From IMG/VR virus record IMGVR_UViG_2524614847_000004, positions 32,001 to 96,000 of that record: a DNA stretch of 64,000 nt, one strand, 5' to 3'. A model generated the notes under the pieces. It saw only the letters and a list, made by a program, of their open reading frames with translations, had not been told where the DNA came from and did no database searches. The first letter of the stretch is position 1. Each line of letters starts with the position of its first letter. The DNA is from a virus. Lineage: Duplodnaviria > Caudoviricetes. Positions 20,535-30,397 of the stretch are shown here, in pieces. The translations under genes were made by a program, and so were the position numbers.

Positions 20535-23015
20535 CTACGCTGTTTTTATATTTTCTTGTTCACTCTTTTCAATTACTATAATCTTACTTGCTACTCCTGT
20601 CATTTCAAACGTACCACTTTTTAAATCTTCTGTGAAATATGTTTCATTTTCTAACCATTGTCTAAACTCAATTGATTTTTTATCATTGGCAAAAGTCCAA
20701 TGTGGTGAAGAAATAGAAACAAGCGTACCACCATCTTTTAATAAATCATAAGCGTGTTTAATATGATTCTGTTCATCACTAAAAGGCGGGTTCATGATAA
20801 TGGCATCATAAATAGGTTCGCTCTGATACTGTAGAAAATCATCACCGACAAGATTATAGTCTTTAAGTAAAAGCAATTCTCGAAAAGTTGACATCTGCTC
20901 CACAACATCAATATCATTTGTAATTTTTCGCATTTCATCAGCGATGGCAGCAATTCCGGCAGAAGGCTCAAGCACTTTAGCCCCCTCTGTAATTCTTGCT
21001 AATTCAACAAGTCTTTGTGCAACCTCTGAAGGTGTGAAATTAATATCCCCTTTCTGCATCATCTTACATTCACGTTCAAGTCGTTTTATTTTCAGTGCTG
21101 TTTGATCTTGTGGTTTATTTACCATTTCAATAATTACTTTGTATTCCTCAATGGTTTTAACTAATTCTTGTGTATTTGAGATATTAGCCTTTTGAAGACG
21201 TTTCTGCGTTTTGGGTACTTCTTCATTCCACCACGAATTGGGATAATTCGGGTCTTTTTCTGGATATTCTACCGGTCTAGCAGAGGAAGGACGTTTTCCC
21301 TCTGGTAAATTCCACGTTTCAAACCGTTTATAGTAACTATGAATTGAATCACGGAATGATTCTGTTAATAGAGCAGCTTCAAGCGAAGTTAGTTCACGTT
21401 TCTGTGCTGTATCAAGAAGACAAGAAAGTATATTTAAGTCTAGCCTATAACCTTCTATTTTCGCCTCACGCCCCTCTTGTTCCCTCATACGCTTATAGGT
21501 ATTTGTTTTATAATCCCCCGACAATTTATCAATTTTGCTTTGTGTACTGCTAATTGCTTTGTTAATACGTTCTATAATTTTTGTTCTATCCTGCTGTTTT
21601 GGCCGTGCCGTTTGGTTATCCTGTGTGGATTCCTCTGTTGTTGTATCATTTCCTCTGTTTAACACTTCTGTAGGATCATATCTAAATATAAATCCATGCT
21701 TAAATTTAGAGTAGTAGGCATCGATTTTTTTCATTTCGACACGTAAAGCAGAAAAGTCTTCCACTTTTTCTCTAACTTTTACAACCCACATTTTAGAATC
21801 GTCTCTTGTGTCGGTGTCTTCTGCGATATCATAGGTATAGGCAGCTGAAACAGATACTTTCTGTTTATCTGCTTCTGAGGTAGTAGTTTCGGATTCTTTT
21901 CCCTTTGTCTCCGCTTTGCTATTTCCGATGGACTTTTTAACCACCTTTTCCACTTCATATGGTGTTTTTACTTCCTTAAGTTCACACCATGAAATAGCTC
22001 CCGTTTCAATCCACTTTAAGAACCTCTCTCCAAAGGTCCCCCATCTGTTGTTACTTGAGGCAATTCCGGTACACTCTTTTGTAAGTTTTCCATTGAGTTT
22101 ATAAGCATAAAAATAAGATCCGTTTTCCGTTTTGCTTTCATGAATGCGGTAAACAAGACCTTTATAACAATTGTGGTTATATCTAGTTTTAAGGATAAAA
22201 CACTGACCCTCTTTAATTTCTCCTGCCTCCACTTCTACGGCCTTTGTTTCGTTCTTATATTCTGTAACGATAACTTTCTCATAAATAGTACCGTCACCTT
22301 CTCCAAGAAGTCCACCGCAAGTGGTATCTATTTTATTGATAAACTTGTCAAAATCTGATTTTAATTTTAAAGTTTCTTCCTGTTCTTCCATCTGGTATTT
22401 GACTGATTTTTCTAATTCCACATCATTAAACCAACTACAACCGCTATTTGTTCTTCTTATCTGTTCTCTAATTTCATCCTCTGTTCTTTTCTTGTAGTTC
22501 TCCTTATAATAGATACCAGAATATTTTAAAATTCCGTTGCCTTTTGCAATGATGATTCCGTCTTTTTCTATGTGCCAGTTGCATTTATTGGGGTGGGCCT
22601 GATGCCCTGGGACCATTCCGACAACGACGTATTTCTCTTTGTTTTCTGTTGCTGCCTCTGCTTTCTTCTGCAATCGCTCAATCATCATTTTGGCGCTTTC
22701 CGCTTCTGATTCAGATGCTCCACGCTCTACGGTCATTGCTTCCAGCTTCTTAATTTTGTCTGTAATGCTTCTATCATAAGAAAAATCTGTATGATTATAT
22801 TTTCTAATTTCTTGCGGCTCCCTTGCTCCGCAAACGTCAACACAAAGAACATATCCGTTCTTTTCTGCAACACCGTCCCAAGTGGCAGGGCAATAATAAT
22901 CCGTCATGCTGTCGGACTCGTCTGGTGAATAGCCATATACTTTCCAACCATCAAGAGCCATTAACCTATGGGCTATCATCACTTTAACTTCCCTATAATC
23001 ATAATAATTTGACAT
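20535..23015 (-). CDS. Polyvalent protein with a C-terminal N6-adenine DNA methyltransferase domain
   Basis: FTP...VLEPSAG...IMNPPF motifs; long N-terminal multidomain region. Confidence 0.8.
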   Translation of the reverse strand: MSNYYDYREVKVMIAHRLMALDGWKVYGYSPDESDSMTDYYCPATWDGVAEKNGYVLCVDVCGAREPQEIRKYNHTDFSYDRSITDKIKKLEAMTVERGASESEAESAKMMIERLQKKAEAATENKEKYVVVGMVPGHQAHPNKCNWHIEKDGIIIAKGNGILKYSGIYYKENYKKRTEDEIREQIRRTNSGCSWFNDVELEKSVKYQMEEQEETLKLKSDFDKFINKIDTTCGGLLGEGDGTIYEKVIVTEYKNETKAVEVEAGEIKEGQCFILKTRYNHNCYKGLVYRIHESKTENGSYFYAYKLNGKLTKECTGIASSNNRWGTFGERFLKWIETGAISWCELKEVKTPYEVEKVVKKSIGNSKAETKGKESETTTSEADKQKVSVSAAYTYDIAEDTDTRDDSKMWVVKVREKVEDFSALRVEMKKIDAYYSKFKHGFIFRYDPTEVLNRGNDTTTEESTQDNQTARPKQQDRTKIIERINKAISSTQSKIDKLSGDYKTNTYKRMREQEGREAKIEGYRLDLNILSCLLDTAQKRELTSLEAALLTESFRDSIHSYYKRFETWNLPEGKRPSSARPVEYPEKDPNYPNSWWNEEVPKTQKRLQKANISNTQELVKTIEEYKVIIEMVNKPQDQTALKIKRLERECKMMQKGDINFTPSEVAQRLVELARITEGAKVLEPSAGIAAIADEMRKITNDIDVVEQMSTFRELLLLKDYNLVGDDFLQYQSEPIYDAIIMNPPFSDEQNHIKHAYDLLKDGGTLVSISSPHWTFANDKKSIEFRQWLENETYFTEDLKSGTFEMTGVASKIIVIEKSEQENIKTA

Positions 23016-23027
23016 TGTAATTACCTC

Positions 23028-26000
23028 CTAGTACCCATAATATAATTCAATTATTTTTTCCTTTTTTAGTTGTTCTATTTCTATATCATTTATATCTATA
23101 TTAGAGTATGACTGTTTTAAAGTTTCTTTGGCTTCAATTTCAACATCCGCAAATATAATGCCCACAACTATTTCTCCACAGTTTCTAAAGTAATATTTAT
23201 ACATACAATAACCTCCATTGTTTTTCATTTATTCCCACTATAAAAGCCACCGGAACATTGCCCAATGGCTTCAAACTGAAAATAAATATACTACATTGTT
23301 TCTCTTTGCTCTTCCGTATTAATTGCTAATGCTTCGTAATAATCTTCCTTGCAAATTTCATCACTTGTATTTGTTGGAGATATCCACTTGTCACAGCTTT
23401 TAAAATATTCGGAATATTGACAAAAATATTTTTCTGAGGTTTTAAAATACTCCCATCTTCTCCCGTTTTTCTTATCATATAAGAAAAAACTATTTTTATG
23501 TGTATGATAACCCATTTTATTACCCCCTTAAAAGTACTATTTATTTATCATAATTATTGATCCAGTCTTCCGCTGCTTCTACTGTATCAAATTCCATATC
23601 AGAGTCAGAAGGACTGCACATATAGGCATATTCCATATTATCAGGGTGTAAAACTGTTATGTTGAATCTATATTCTTCTAATTCCTTATTATTGTTCTGG
23701 TAAATTCCCCAACCTTTAAGCTTCTTAACTCTCTTCATTCTGTTTTACCTCTCAACCAAAGAATAGTTTTATTGTATTACGGTTCTTGAATCTCATTAGT
23801 AAAATTCTCTAACAGTATCTCCAATCGTAATATCTTAGCTTCTGTTTTTTTAAGTTTTTTTAAGGCAGTTTGAAAAGAAATGTCTGTTTGACATTCTGAT
23901 AAATCAATTATTATTTTTATCAAATCTTCTTTTCTGTCCTTTTCTGCTTCAATATCATCTGTTATTAGATTATAAATGTCTACATATAAATCCTTTGTCA
24001 TTTTGATTTACCCCCACTCATAAAATAAGAATTTCAAAGCAATCCCTTTTCAATCGCTTGTTCTGGCCTTCCTCCCTCAATATATGGAAGCAAGTGTCTT
24101 TTATCTTTACGATAGTTTCCTGCACCATCATATATAAGTGCGGATTGTTCGCTTGAAAGTTTCATAGCCTTGTTGTGGTATTTCGTACAATAAGGCTCTG
24201 TATTATTGCAAGCAGTAGTTAAACGCTGATATTTACGTATTTCAATTTCAAGTTCAATAATTCGTTTATCCTCTTCTGAAAGTTTCATGTATTTTCCCTC
24301 CATTTCTCAATGCTGCGGACTTGTGACCGCTTGACTTGTGTCAAGTGCATTAAAGCAGCCCTTATAGGCTGCTCCACTCTGCTTATACTACTTCAAGGTA
24401 TAAATCTTCAATATCGTAGTTTACTAACTCGTCTTTAAAATCTTTTCGCCAAGTGTTACAATTTTTCTCAAACCTTTTTTTATTGCAATCCCAAATTGAT
24501 GTAATAATGTCACCATTTTTATGCCTTATTTGTGCTTGATACTTATTATTTTTCACTGCCTTTCCCTCCATGAAATTCGGTTTTTATTTACCACACCTTT
24601 TCATATTTAACGGAACATACACGGTCAATTAAGTCATCAATTTTTATCTGTATTGGCTTTTCCAATTCTTTTAATTCTTCATAAGATATATCACAAATAT
24701 CATAAAGTGCATCTCGTTTATCCTGTAAAGCTCTTAATTCAGATTCTAGTTCTTGTAATATCTTTGAATTTTTATTGTTTAAAGTTCTTTCTCTGTAATG
24801 ATCTCTTCTTGTATAACCGATACTTCCATATAAGGACATCTTAATTTCTCCTATCAAATAATTGTTTCATTTAATAAATGTTTTAAAAATAAGAATTTCT
24901 ATCTTTTACTAATTCTTGTATTATTTCTTTCATTTCGCTGATATTATCAGCAACTCTTGACCTTGAAAATCCGTCTTTCCACTTCATTACAATACAAATA
25001 TGTTTATCTTCCCTATACAAATCACTAATAAGATGTTGATATTTTTTAGGAACATAATTGATTAAATTTTTCATTATATCACTCCCTTAATAAATTTGAA
25101 TATTCTATTTCACTTCTATAAAATGTTTAGTTATGCCTCTACCACTTCTAAAATATATTTTCCGTTATCGGCTTTATGCACATTAAATTTCTTAACACAC
25201 TGAAACTTTAATGGAATTTCTGAAACTGAAAAGGAATATAAGAACGACATATTATCATTGTAAAATTCCACTGTTTCAATTTCTTCTCCGTACATAAGCA
25301 TATCAATCAATTTTTCTAAGTTAATCTTATTTGTTTTCATCTTCAGTCCTCCCAATGAAATGGATATTCTATGCCACTTCTATATCATTGATGTACGTCA
25401 ACGTATTTGTTCTCCAGTGACCAGCTTCTATATACTCTGCCTGAATGTTTTCCGCGTAGCCGTACATATTCAAATTATGCACCGATATTCTTAAGCCTGA
25501 TAATTCCATAATGCAATACTTTGTTTTGCCTGTATCCTTGTTTAATACTTTGTAAGGGATAAAGTCCAGATAGACAAAGTACTTTTTCCCTTCCGTACTT
25601 GACATAGCATCACATACCGCAAAGCCGTCTATAATTCCGGTTTGTTTCATTGCCTGATCGTGAATTGATTCCACGATATCCGTCGGAATTTTGCTTTTAA
25701 GTAATGAAAAATCGTATAAATACTTTTTATTGTTGGTAAATTCCTTCTTGTTTTCCTTCAGATCTGGAAATGACTTTTTCATTTTCGCCATGCTCGGCAG
25801 ACAGTTCAATGTATTGTATTTGTTCATTTTAAAATCTCCCTTTCAAAAGTTTAAAATCGTACCGCCTAGATGAATTTTCTGTACTCCGGTATGTCCTGTT
25901 TCTACATTCTCAAAAACTAAAGTTTCCGATTCGATTTTAATATTTGGTGACATGATGTTTAATATCTCTCTGCACCTTTTTGCTGATAATGTAGGCATGT

Positions 26001-26091
26001 TTCTGAAATAGAAACCAGAATCATAAACGTTTTTTACATTGTAAGTTACGATTAACTTTTTCTTACCTATTGTGTATATGTTCACCATCAT
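23028..26091 (-). other. Run of 11 small hypothetical ORFs
   Basis: ORF track (23028, 23291, 23541, 23777, 24034, 24383, 24588, 24883, 25131, 25369, 25843); most with an RBS and flanked by the junction motif. Confidence 0.55.
24314..24382 (-). ncRNA. Twister ribozyme (circularly permuted, P5-type)
   Basis: Minus strand: GCAGAGUGG-AGCAGCC-loop-GGCUGCUU-UAAUGC-AC-UUGAC/GUCAA-GCGG-UCACAAGU-CCGC; conserved U^A site and P4 loop. Confidence 0.85.
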
Positions 26092-26168
26092 ATTACCGCC
26101 TACTTTCTGGACATTTATTTTCTTAACAAAAATGGACTCATAACATTTGACCGTTACAAGCCCTACTT

Positions 26169-27080
26169 TTAAACTTTTGCTTCTTCTTCAATTTTCAAAT
26201 CATGAAACATTTCGCTAGGTTCCAACTCGTAATACTCGCATAAGGCCGAAAATGCTTTAATAACGCATTGCCATTCTTTTTCATTTACGTGTTGTATCCA
26301 TGGTTGCTTTCCTCTGCTCTGTAAATCAATATGGAAACCATTCTTTAGCTGCTTGTACAACTCGCTCCATGCTTTACCTACTGTGATATGGGCATATGCT
26401 GCCATCTTACGGACTGCAAAGTTAATGCGTCCCCTATCGTCCCATTTAAGAATACCGTTTGCAAGTGCTTTCTTTGATTCTTCCAGTTTCGCTATGTGCC
26501 GATTTTTAAAGTCCATCATCTTAGTGGTTGCTATCATGATTGCCGTAGGGTCACCGCTTGCATAAGCCATACCAACAGATAAGGCAAGGGATTGTTCCTC
26601 TGTTATATCCATTGTTTTTACTTCGTTTGAAGTCTTTTCTTCTATATTGAGTAGTTGTGTGCGGATCTCCTTTGCTATCTCTGAATCTCTAAGTAGCATT
26701 CCGATTCTTAATATTGCCCGGCGAGATAAAAGCGTATTACCTCTATTGCTGAAACGCATACCATTTGCTTCGAAACCACCGCGAAAATTAGAAGGTTGCA
26801 AGTTGCAACTTTCTAAAAATCCCTTAGTTTCTTTACCTGTCATCGGTGATATTCCGTCTTCTTCTAGTTCGTCACGACTACGGTATAATATTGCTTTTAT
26901 GGCTTCTTCTCCTACCTCGTAAAAATCCGCTACTTGTTTAACTGTTGCTAATTCAGTGCCAGGAATAAGAAGTAACTTTTTGACCTTATCCAAAATTTCC
27001 ACTTTAGCAACTAATTTTTCCCGTAATTCCTTGCTTTCTAATAATTCATTTTCCTTCATATGTTTATTTCCTTTCTGCAA
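26169..27080 (-). CDS. Antirepressor-like DNA-binding protein
   Basis: ATVKQVADFYEV and RAILRIGMLLRDSEIAKEIR pattern typical of phage regulatory proteins. Confidence 0.55.
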   Translation of the reverse strand: MQKGNKHMKENELLESKELREKLVAKVEILDKVKKLLLIPGTELATVKQVADFYEVGEEAIKAILYRSRDELEEDGISPMTGKETKGFLESCNLQPSNFRGGFEANGMRFSNRGNTLLSRRAILRIGMLLRDSEIAKEIRTQLLNIEEKTSNEVKTMDITEEQSLALSVGMAYASGDPTAIMIATTKMMDFKNRHIAKLEESKKALANGILKWDDRGRINFAVRKMAAYAHITVGKAWSELYKQLKNGFHIDLQSRGKQPWIQHVNEKEWQCVIKAFSALCEYYELEPSEMFHDLKIEEEAKV

Positions 27081-27162
27081 TATTACTCACTTTAGTAAGT
27101 ACTTATACAGGCGATACAATGTAAGAATATACATATAATCATCTGCATAATAGATACTAAAT

Positions 27163-27405
27163 TTAATTTTCGTCAAACTCTTCGTAGTCGCTAAACACGT
27201 TTTGGAGTCTCTTTTTATGCAACTTTGTAATATCCTTTATAATCTTGTCCCTTTTATCGAAAAAAGTTGTTTCAAAAAGTTCATTAGTAATTGCTATGAT
27301 CTGTGCAGCCTTTAAGATTGTTAAAACATCTTTTTCAGCCTCTAGCCCTCTAAAATTCAAAAGTTCCTTTGCTTCTAATACCATATCATTAACTAATTCA
27401 TACAT
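27163..27405 (-). CDS. Hypothetical protein
   Basis: Strong RBS. Confidence 0.55.
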   Translation of the reverse strand: MYELVNDMVLEAKELLNFRGLEAEKDVLTILKAAQIIAITNELFETTFFDKRDKIIKDITKLHKKRLQNVFSDYEEFDEN

Positions 27406-28488
27406 TTCAGTTCCTCCTGTTTTTTATCAGATACTAACGCACACAAAAGCCAATGATTTCAAAATAAGAAAAGCCAATCAATGAAAGATTGTCTAGCAGA
27501 GCCTCCCGTGATGGGTAGTTGTCAAGAGCTTCCAATAATCAACTTGATTTCATACGTTCTGAATATATTTGACTACACGCAATCAGTAATAAGGATTGAG
27601 GAGTATACAATCCAAGAACCGATATATAGTGCCTAGTTTACGTGCGTGGTGTAACTGATAAAACCTATAACAAAATAGCCATATCAACGATATTTCAGGG
27701 CTTGTCATTGTGATGCCTGAATGATGTTTTAATGGCTACAAATAAATCTTAATTGCGTTATTCCGTACTAATTTGAATTACCTATAACAAATAGGATTTT
27801 GCTTTCCGTTCTCTTTGGTTGCCTACTGCTTCATAGGCTCGTTGTTCCGTCCTCTGCTTGTCCAGTCTCTTTATCTGGAAGTAATATAATTAAGTGGTGT
27901 ATGCTCCCTTATGATTCCTCTGTGGGGTTATTCGCTTTATTCGCTCCCGTCAATGACCACCTTCTCACAGGTCTGCTTGTTTCTCCCATGTGACATCATT
28001 CACTAGTTAGCTAGGGTAGAAACCGTATAGTTAGGGTACACCTATTGCGCAGTTTCATATTTTTCAGGAATTATTTATCTGTCCTCATATCCCTTTGCCC
28101 TCATGCAACTATTGTCAAGGTAACAATTTCGGATAAAAGTATTTTCTCCTTAATTGATTCACCTATAACATGGTTACACTACTCCAATTGCTCCAGATAA
28201 AACCGTTATTACATATGTGCGTTGTCAGGGTTCGCTATAGCCTTACGGCCTGTCCATCACATGCTCCGTGGACGTTTCAGTCTCTGTTGCGTGATCCGTT
28301 CATTTTGTGGCCAGTTCCACGACTGGAAAAGATATTACTTAAAGGAAATTTGTGTGCGATTGCACTTGAAAAGCGAATAAAAATGTATTAGAATGATTAT
28401 ACGCTTGTATATCAAGTTGTGTGAAAAGGTGGTCTGATACTTTGGTCGGTGTCTGTGACCGCCTTTTCTATTTCCTTTTGATAATACA

Positions 28489-28517
28489 AGTATATCATGA
28501 TTTTAAATCAATGTCAA
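28489..28517 (-). promoter_or_regulatory. Leftward sigmaA promoter
   Basis: TTGACA-17-TATACT with TG. Confidence 0.7.
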
Positions 28518-28524
28518 CTGTTTT

Positions 28525-28824
28525 CTAAAGATTTTCTCTATTTTTTAGTTGTTTTTCTTTTTGCAATATAGCATAATCATCATAGGTCATATCATTGTAC
28601 TGCAATATATCTCCTGGCTGACATTTCATTACTCTACAAATAGAATCGATAGTTTTTAGTGTTACCGACTCTTGCTTAGATATTTTTGTCATAGTCGCCG
28701 AAGATAAACCAGCGGCATTTTTAAGCTGTTCCCTTGTCATTCCTTGTCGGTTGAGCATATCAAGTAATTTATAGTATGTTATCATTTTAACACCTCCTGT
28801 CATTTCAGTAACATTGTACCACAT
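28525..28824 (-). CDS. Cro/CI-type HTH regulator
   Basis: LKNAAGLSSATMTKI...LKTIDSIC...CQPGDIL; likely start MITYY after GGAGG. Confidence 0.85.
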   Translation of the reverse strand: MWYNVTEMTGGVKMITYYKLLDMLNRQGMTREQLKNAAGLSSATMTKISKQESVTLKTIDSICRVMKCQPGDILQYNDMTYDDYAILQKEKQLKNRENL

Positions 28825-29174
28825 TCATGGTAAATCCAACAGAATATATTAAATGAAAATAATTGATCTAATACATTTCTATTCACTTTTCAAGGTACAG
28901 TTTGCACGTTTGGAATTAACACTTGAATAAATCATAGAAATGTGATATGATATGAAACTAGTAATGTGATCACATTTTCAAGTGTGTTCCCAAAAGGGTC
29001 TGACTATTGCGAGTAGTCAGGCTCTTTTTGGTTATTCCGTTCATTTTGGTACAAGTGATCCACTTGTTAAACCGTCTATTTGCTTTGATGCTACAGGCCC
29101 ACCCTGATAGACTAAAAAAGAGTGTAGGCCCTTAATAATTCAATAGGCTTTACACTCTTTCATGATATATAAAT

Positions 29175-29453
29175 TTATGCAATTACATTAATTTTTTCTT
29201 TTATACGTCTAATTTCGTTTTCTAATCGGTTAACCCTAATTAGTAACATTTCCTTTTCGTTTTCAACTTTTAGCGCATCATCTAATTTTCGTGATAAATC
29301 CAGATGACCTTCAGCAATTAACGCAATATTACGATTTGTTTCATTTTCAAGCGTTAACTGGATATCGGTTATACTCGCCATTGTATTCTTGGCATCGGCT
29401 TTTATAGGTTCTAACATTTCAGCCATAGCTTGTAATATTTCATTATCGGTCAT
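29175..29453 (-). CDS. Coiled-coil hypothetical protein (moron)
   Basis: Own promoter TAGACT-17-TATAAT (29482-29510) and terminator (29114-29159). Confidence 0.65.
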   Translation of the reverse strand: MTDNEILQAMAEMLEPIKADAKNTMASITDIQLTLENETNRNIALIAEGHLDLSRKLDDALKVENEKEMLLIRVNRLENEIRRIKEKINVIA

Positions 29454-29561
29454 GCATCCGTCCTCCTTTTTATATGTAAGGATTATATCATGTCCTAAGT
29501 GTAAAGTCTATTCAATTATCAAGGAACCGGGACAAGTGTCATCACTTGTATGGGATTAATT

Positions 29562-29617
29562 GTCCCGACTGGCTGCTATGCCAGTTTCGTCTTAATTCTC
29601 AAAGACTCATCAGGGGA
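29562..29617 (-). ncRNA. Hammerhead ribozyme (type I)
   Basis: UCCC-CUGAUGA-GUCUU/AAGAC-GAAA-CUGGC/GCCAG-UC^GGGA; all core nucleotides present. Confidence 0.9.
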
Positions 29618-29619
29618 TT

Positions 29620-29808
29620 TTATTTTACAATTTCTTTTCTTATGAATTCATCAAGTTCAAAAAAATCTTGATCGTTTAATTCCAATGTCCTGTTAATTTC
29701 TCTAGTTATATCTAAAACGTTGAACTTTTCGTTGTCCAAATAATAATTTTTATATTTATAGATTTTTATAAAACTTTTAGCAAAGCTCTTTATTTCTCTT
29801 GATATCAT
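29620..29808 (-). CDS. Hypothetical protein
   Basis: RBS GGAGG. Confidence 0.5.
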   Translation of the reverse strand: MISREIKSFAKSFIKIYKYKNYYLDNEKFNVLDITREINRTLELNDQDFFELDEFIRKEIVK

Positions 29809-29997
29809 AATGACTACCTCCTTATACCTCGTTGATGGTTAAGAGACACTTAATTGCTTTCTGTGCTTTGATAAACCGCTGTAGTGTTATAGTTGGGAAG
29901 TTATGACCGCAATTGGAATGCACTTTGCAACTATGGTAGCTATGAGTCGGTGATACTTGCAATTAATTTGTTGTTTCGTATCTCTTAACTTGATATA

Positions 29998-30085
29998 AGT
30001 ATAGCATAGGTTTAGCTATTATACAATAGGTTTAGCTATTCTTTTTACGAACTGTCATTATGCACAAATAATAGGTTTAGCTATT
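29998..30085 (-). promoter_or_regulatory. Leftward promoter overlapped by three 15-bp operator repeats ATAGGTTTAGCTATT
   Basis: Identical repeats at 30006, 30026 and 30071; TTGTAT-17-TATACT on the minus strand. Confidence 0.75.
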
Positions 30086-30172
30086 GTATATAATGTATAT
30101 TTTTCATAGCACCATTGACAAAAGTATGATATAATGATAATCTGAAATACTTTATTGATGGAGGTGTAAACC

Positions 30173-30397
30173 ATGGCATATAGCCCCAAAAGTCAAAAAG
30201 CATATAGAGAGAAAAGCATTCAATTCAGTTGTAATTATCGTCCTGGTACTGATATCATGGAAGGCCAGAGATTAAAGGCTTACCTGTCTGAGACAGGACA
30301 AAGTACCAATAGTTATCTTAAGTCATTGATTAAAGCAGACCTTGACAGCAAAGCCGTACCTTATCCTGACTGTGATACTGATATAGACAATGAGTGA
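30173..30397 (+). CDS. Small ribbon-helix-helix-like regulator
   Basis: Beta strand IQFSCNY, then two helices (GQSTNSYLKSLI); strong RBS. Confidence 0.55.
   Translation: MAYSPKSQKAYREKSIQFSCNYRPGTDIMEGQRLKAYLSETGQSTNSYLKSLIKADLDSKAVPYPDCDTDIDNE

Larger units (their letters stand above)
403..25371. repeat. Dispersed 16-bp palindromic junction motif TRAAA-N6-TTTYA (about 30 copies)
   Basis: Copies at gene boundaries, e.g. 1621, 7406, 7625, 8651, 16806, 16986, 17229, 19124, 19962, 19980, 20268, 24021, 24571, 24854; see findings. Confidence 0.7.

Noticed and set aside
26128-26168. GTTACAAGCCC resembling a twister P4 loop
   Set aside because: The other twister elements are missing; better explained as a minus-strand terminator hairpin.
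27799-28391. ORFs 27799+ and 28170+
   Set aside because: No clear RBS and atypical composition; the region looks like a structured non-coding leader.
30006-30085. Short direct repeats as a CRISPR array
   Set aside because: Only 15 bp, irregular 5- and 30-bp gaps, overlapping a promoter, and no cas genes.
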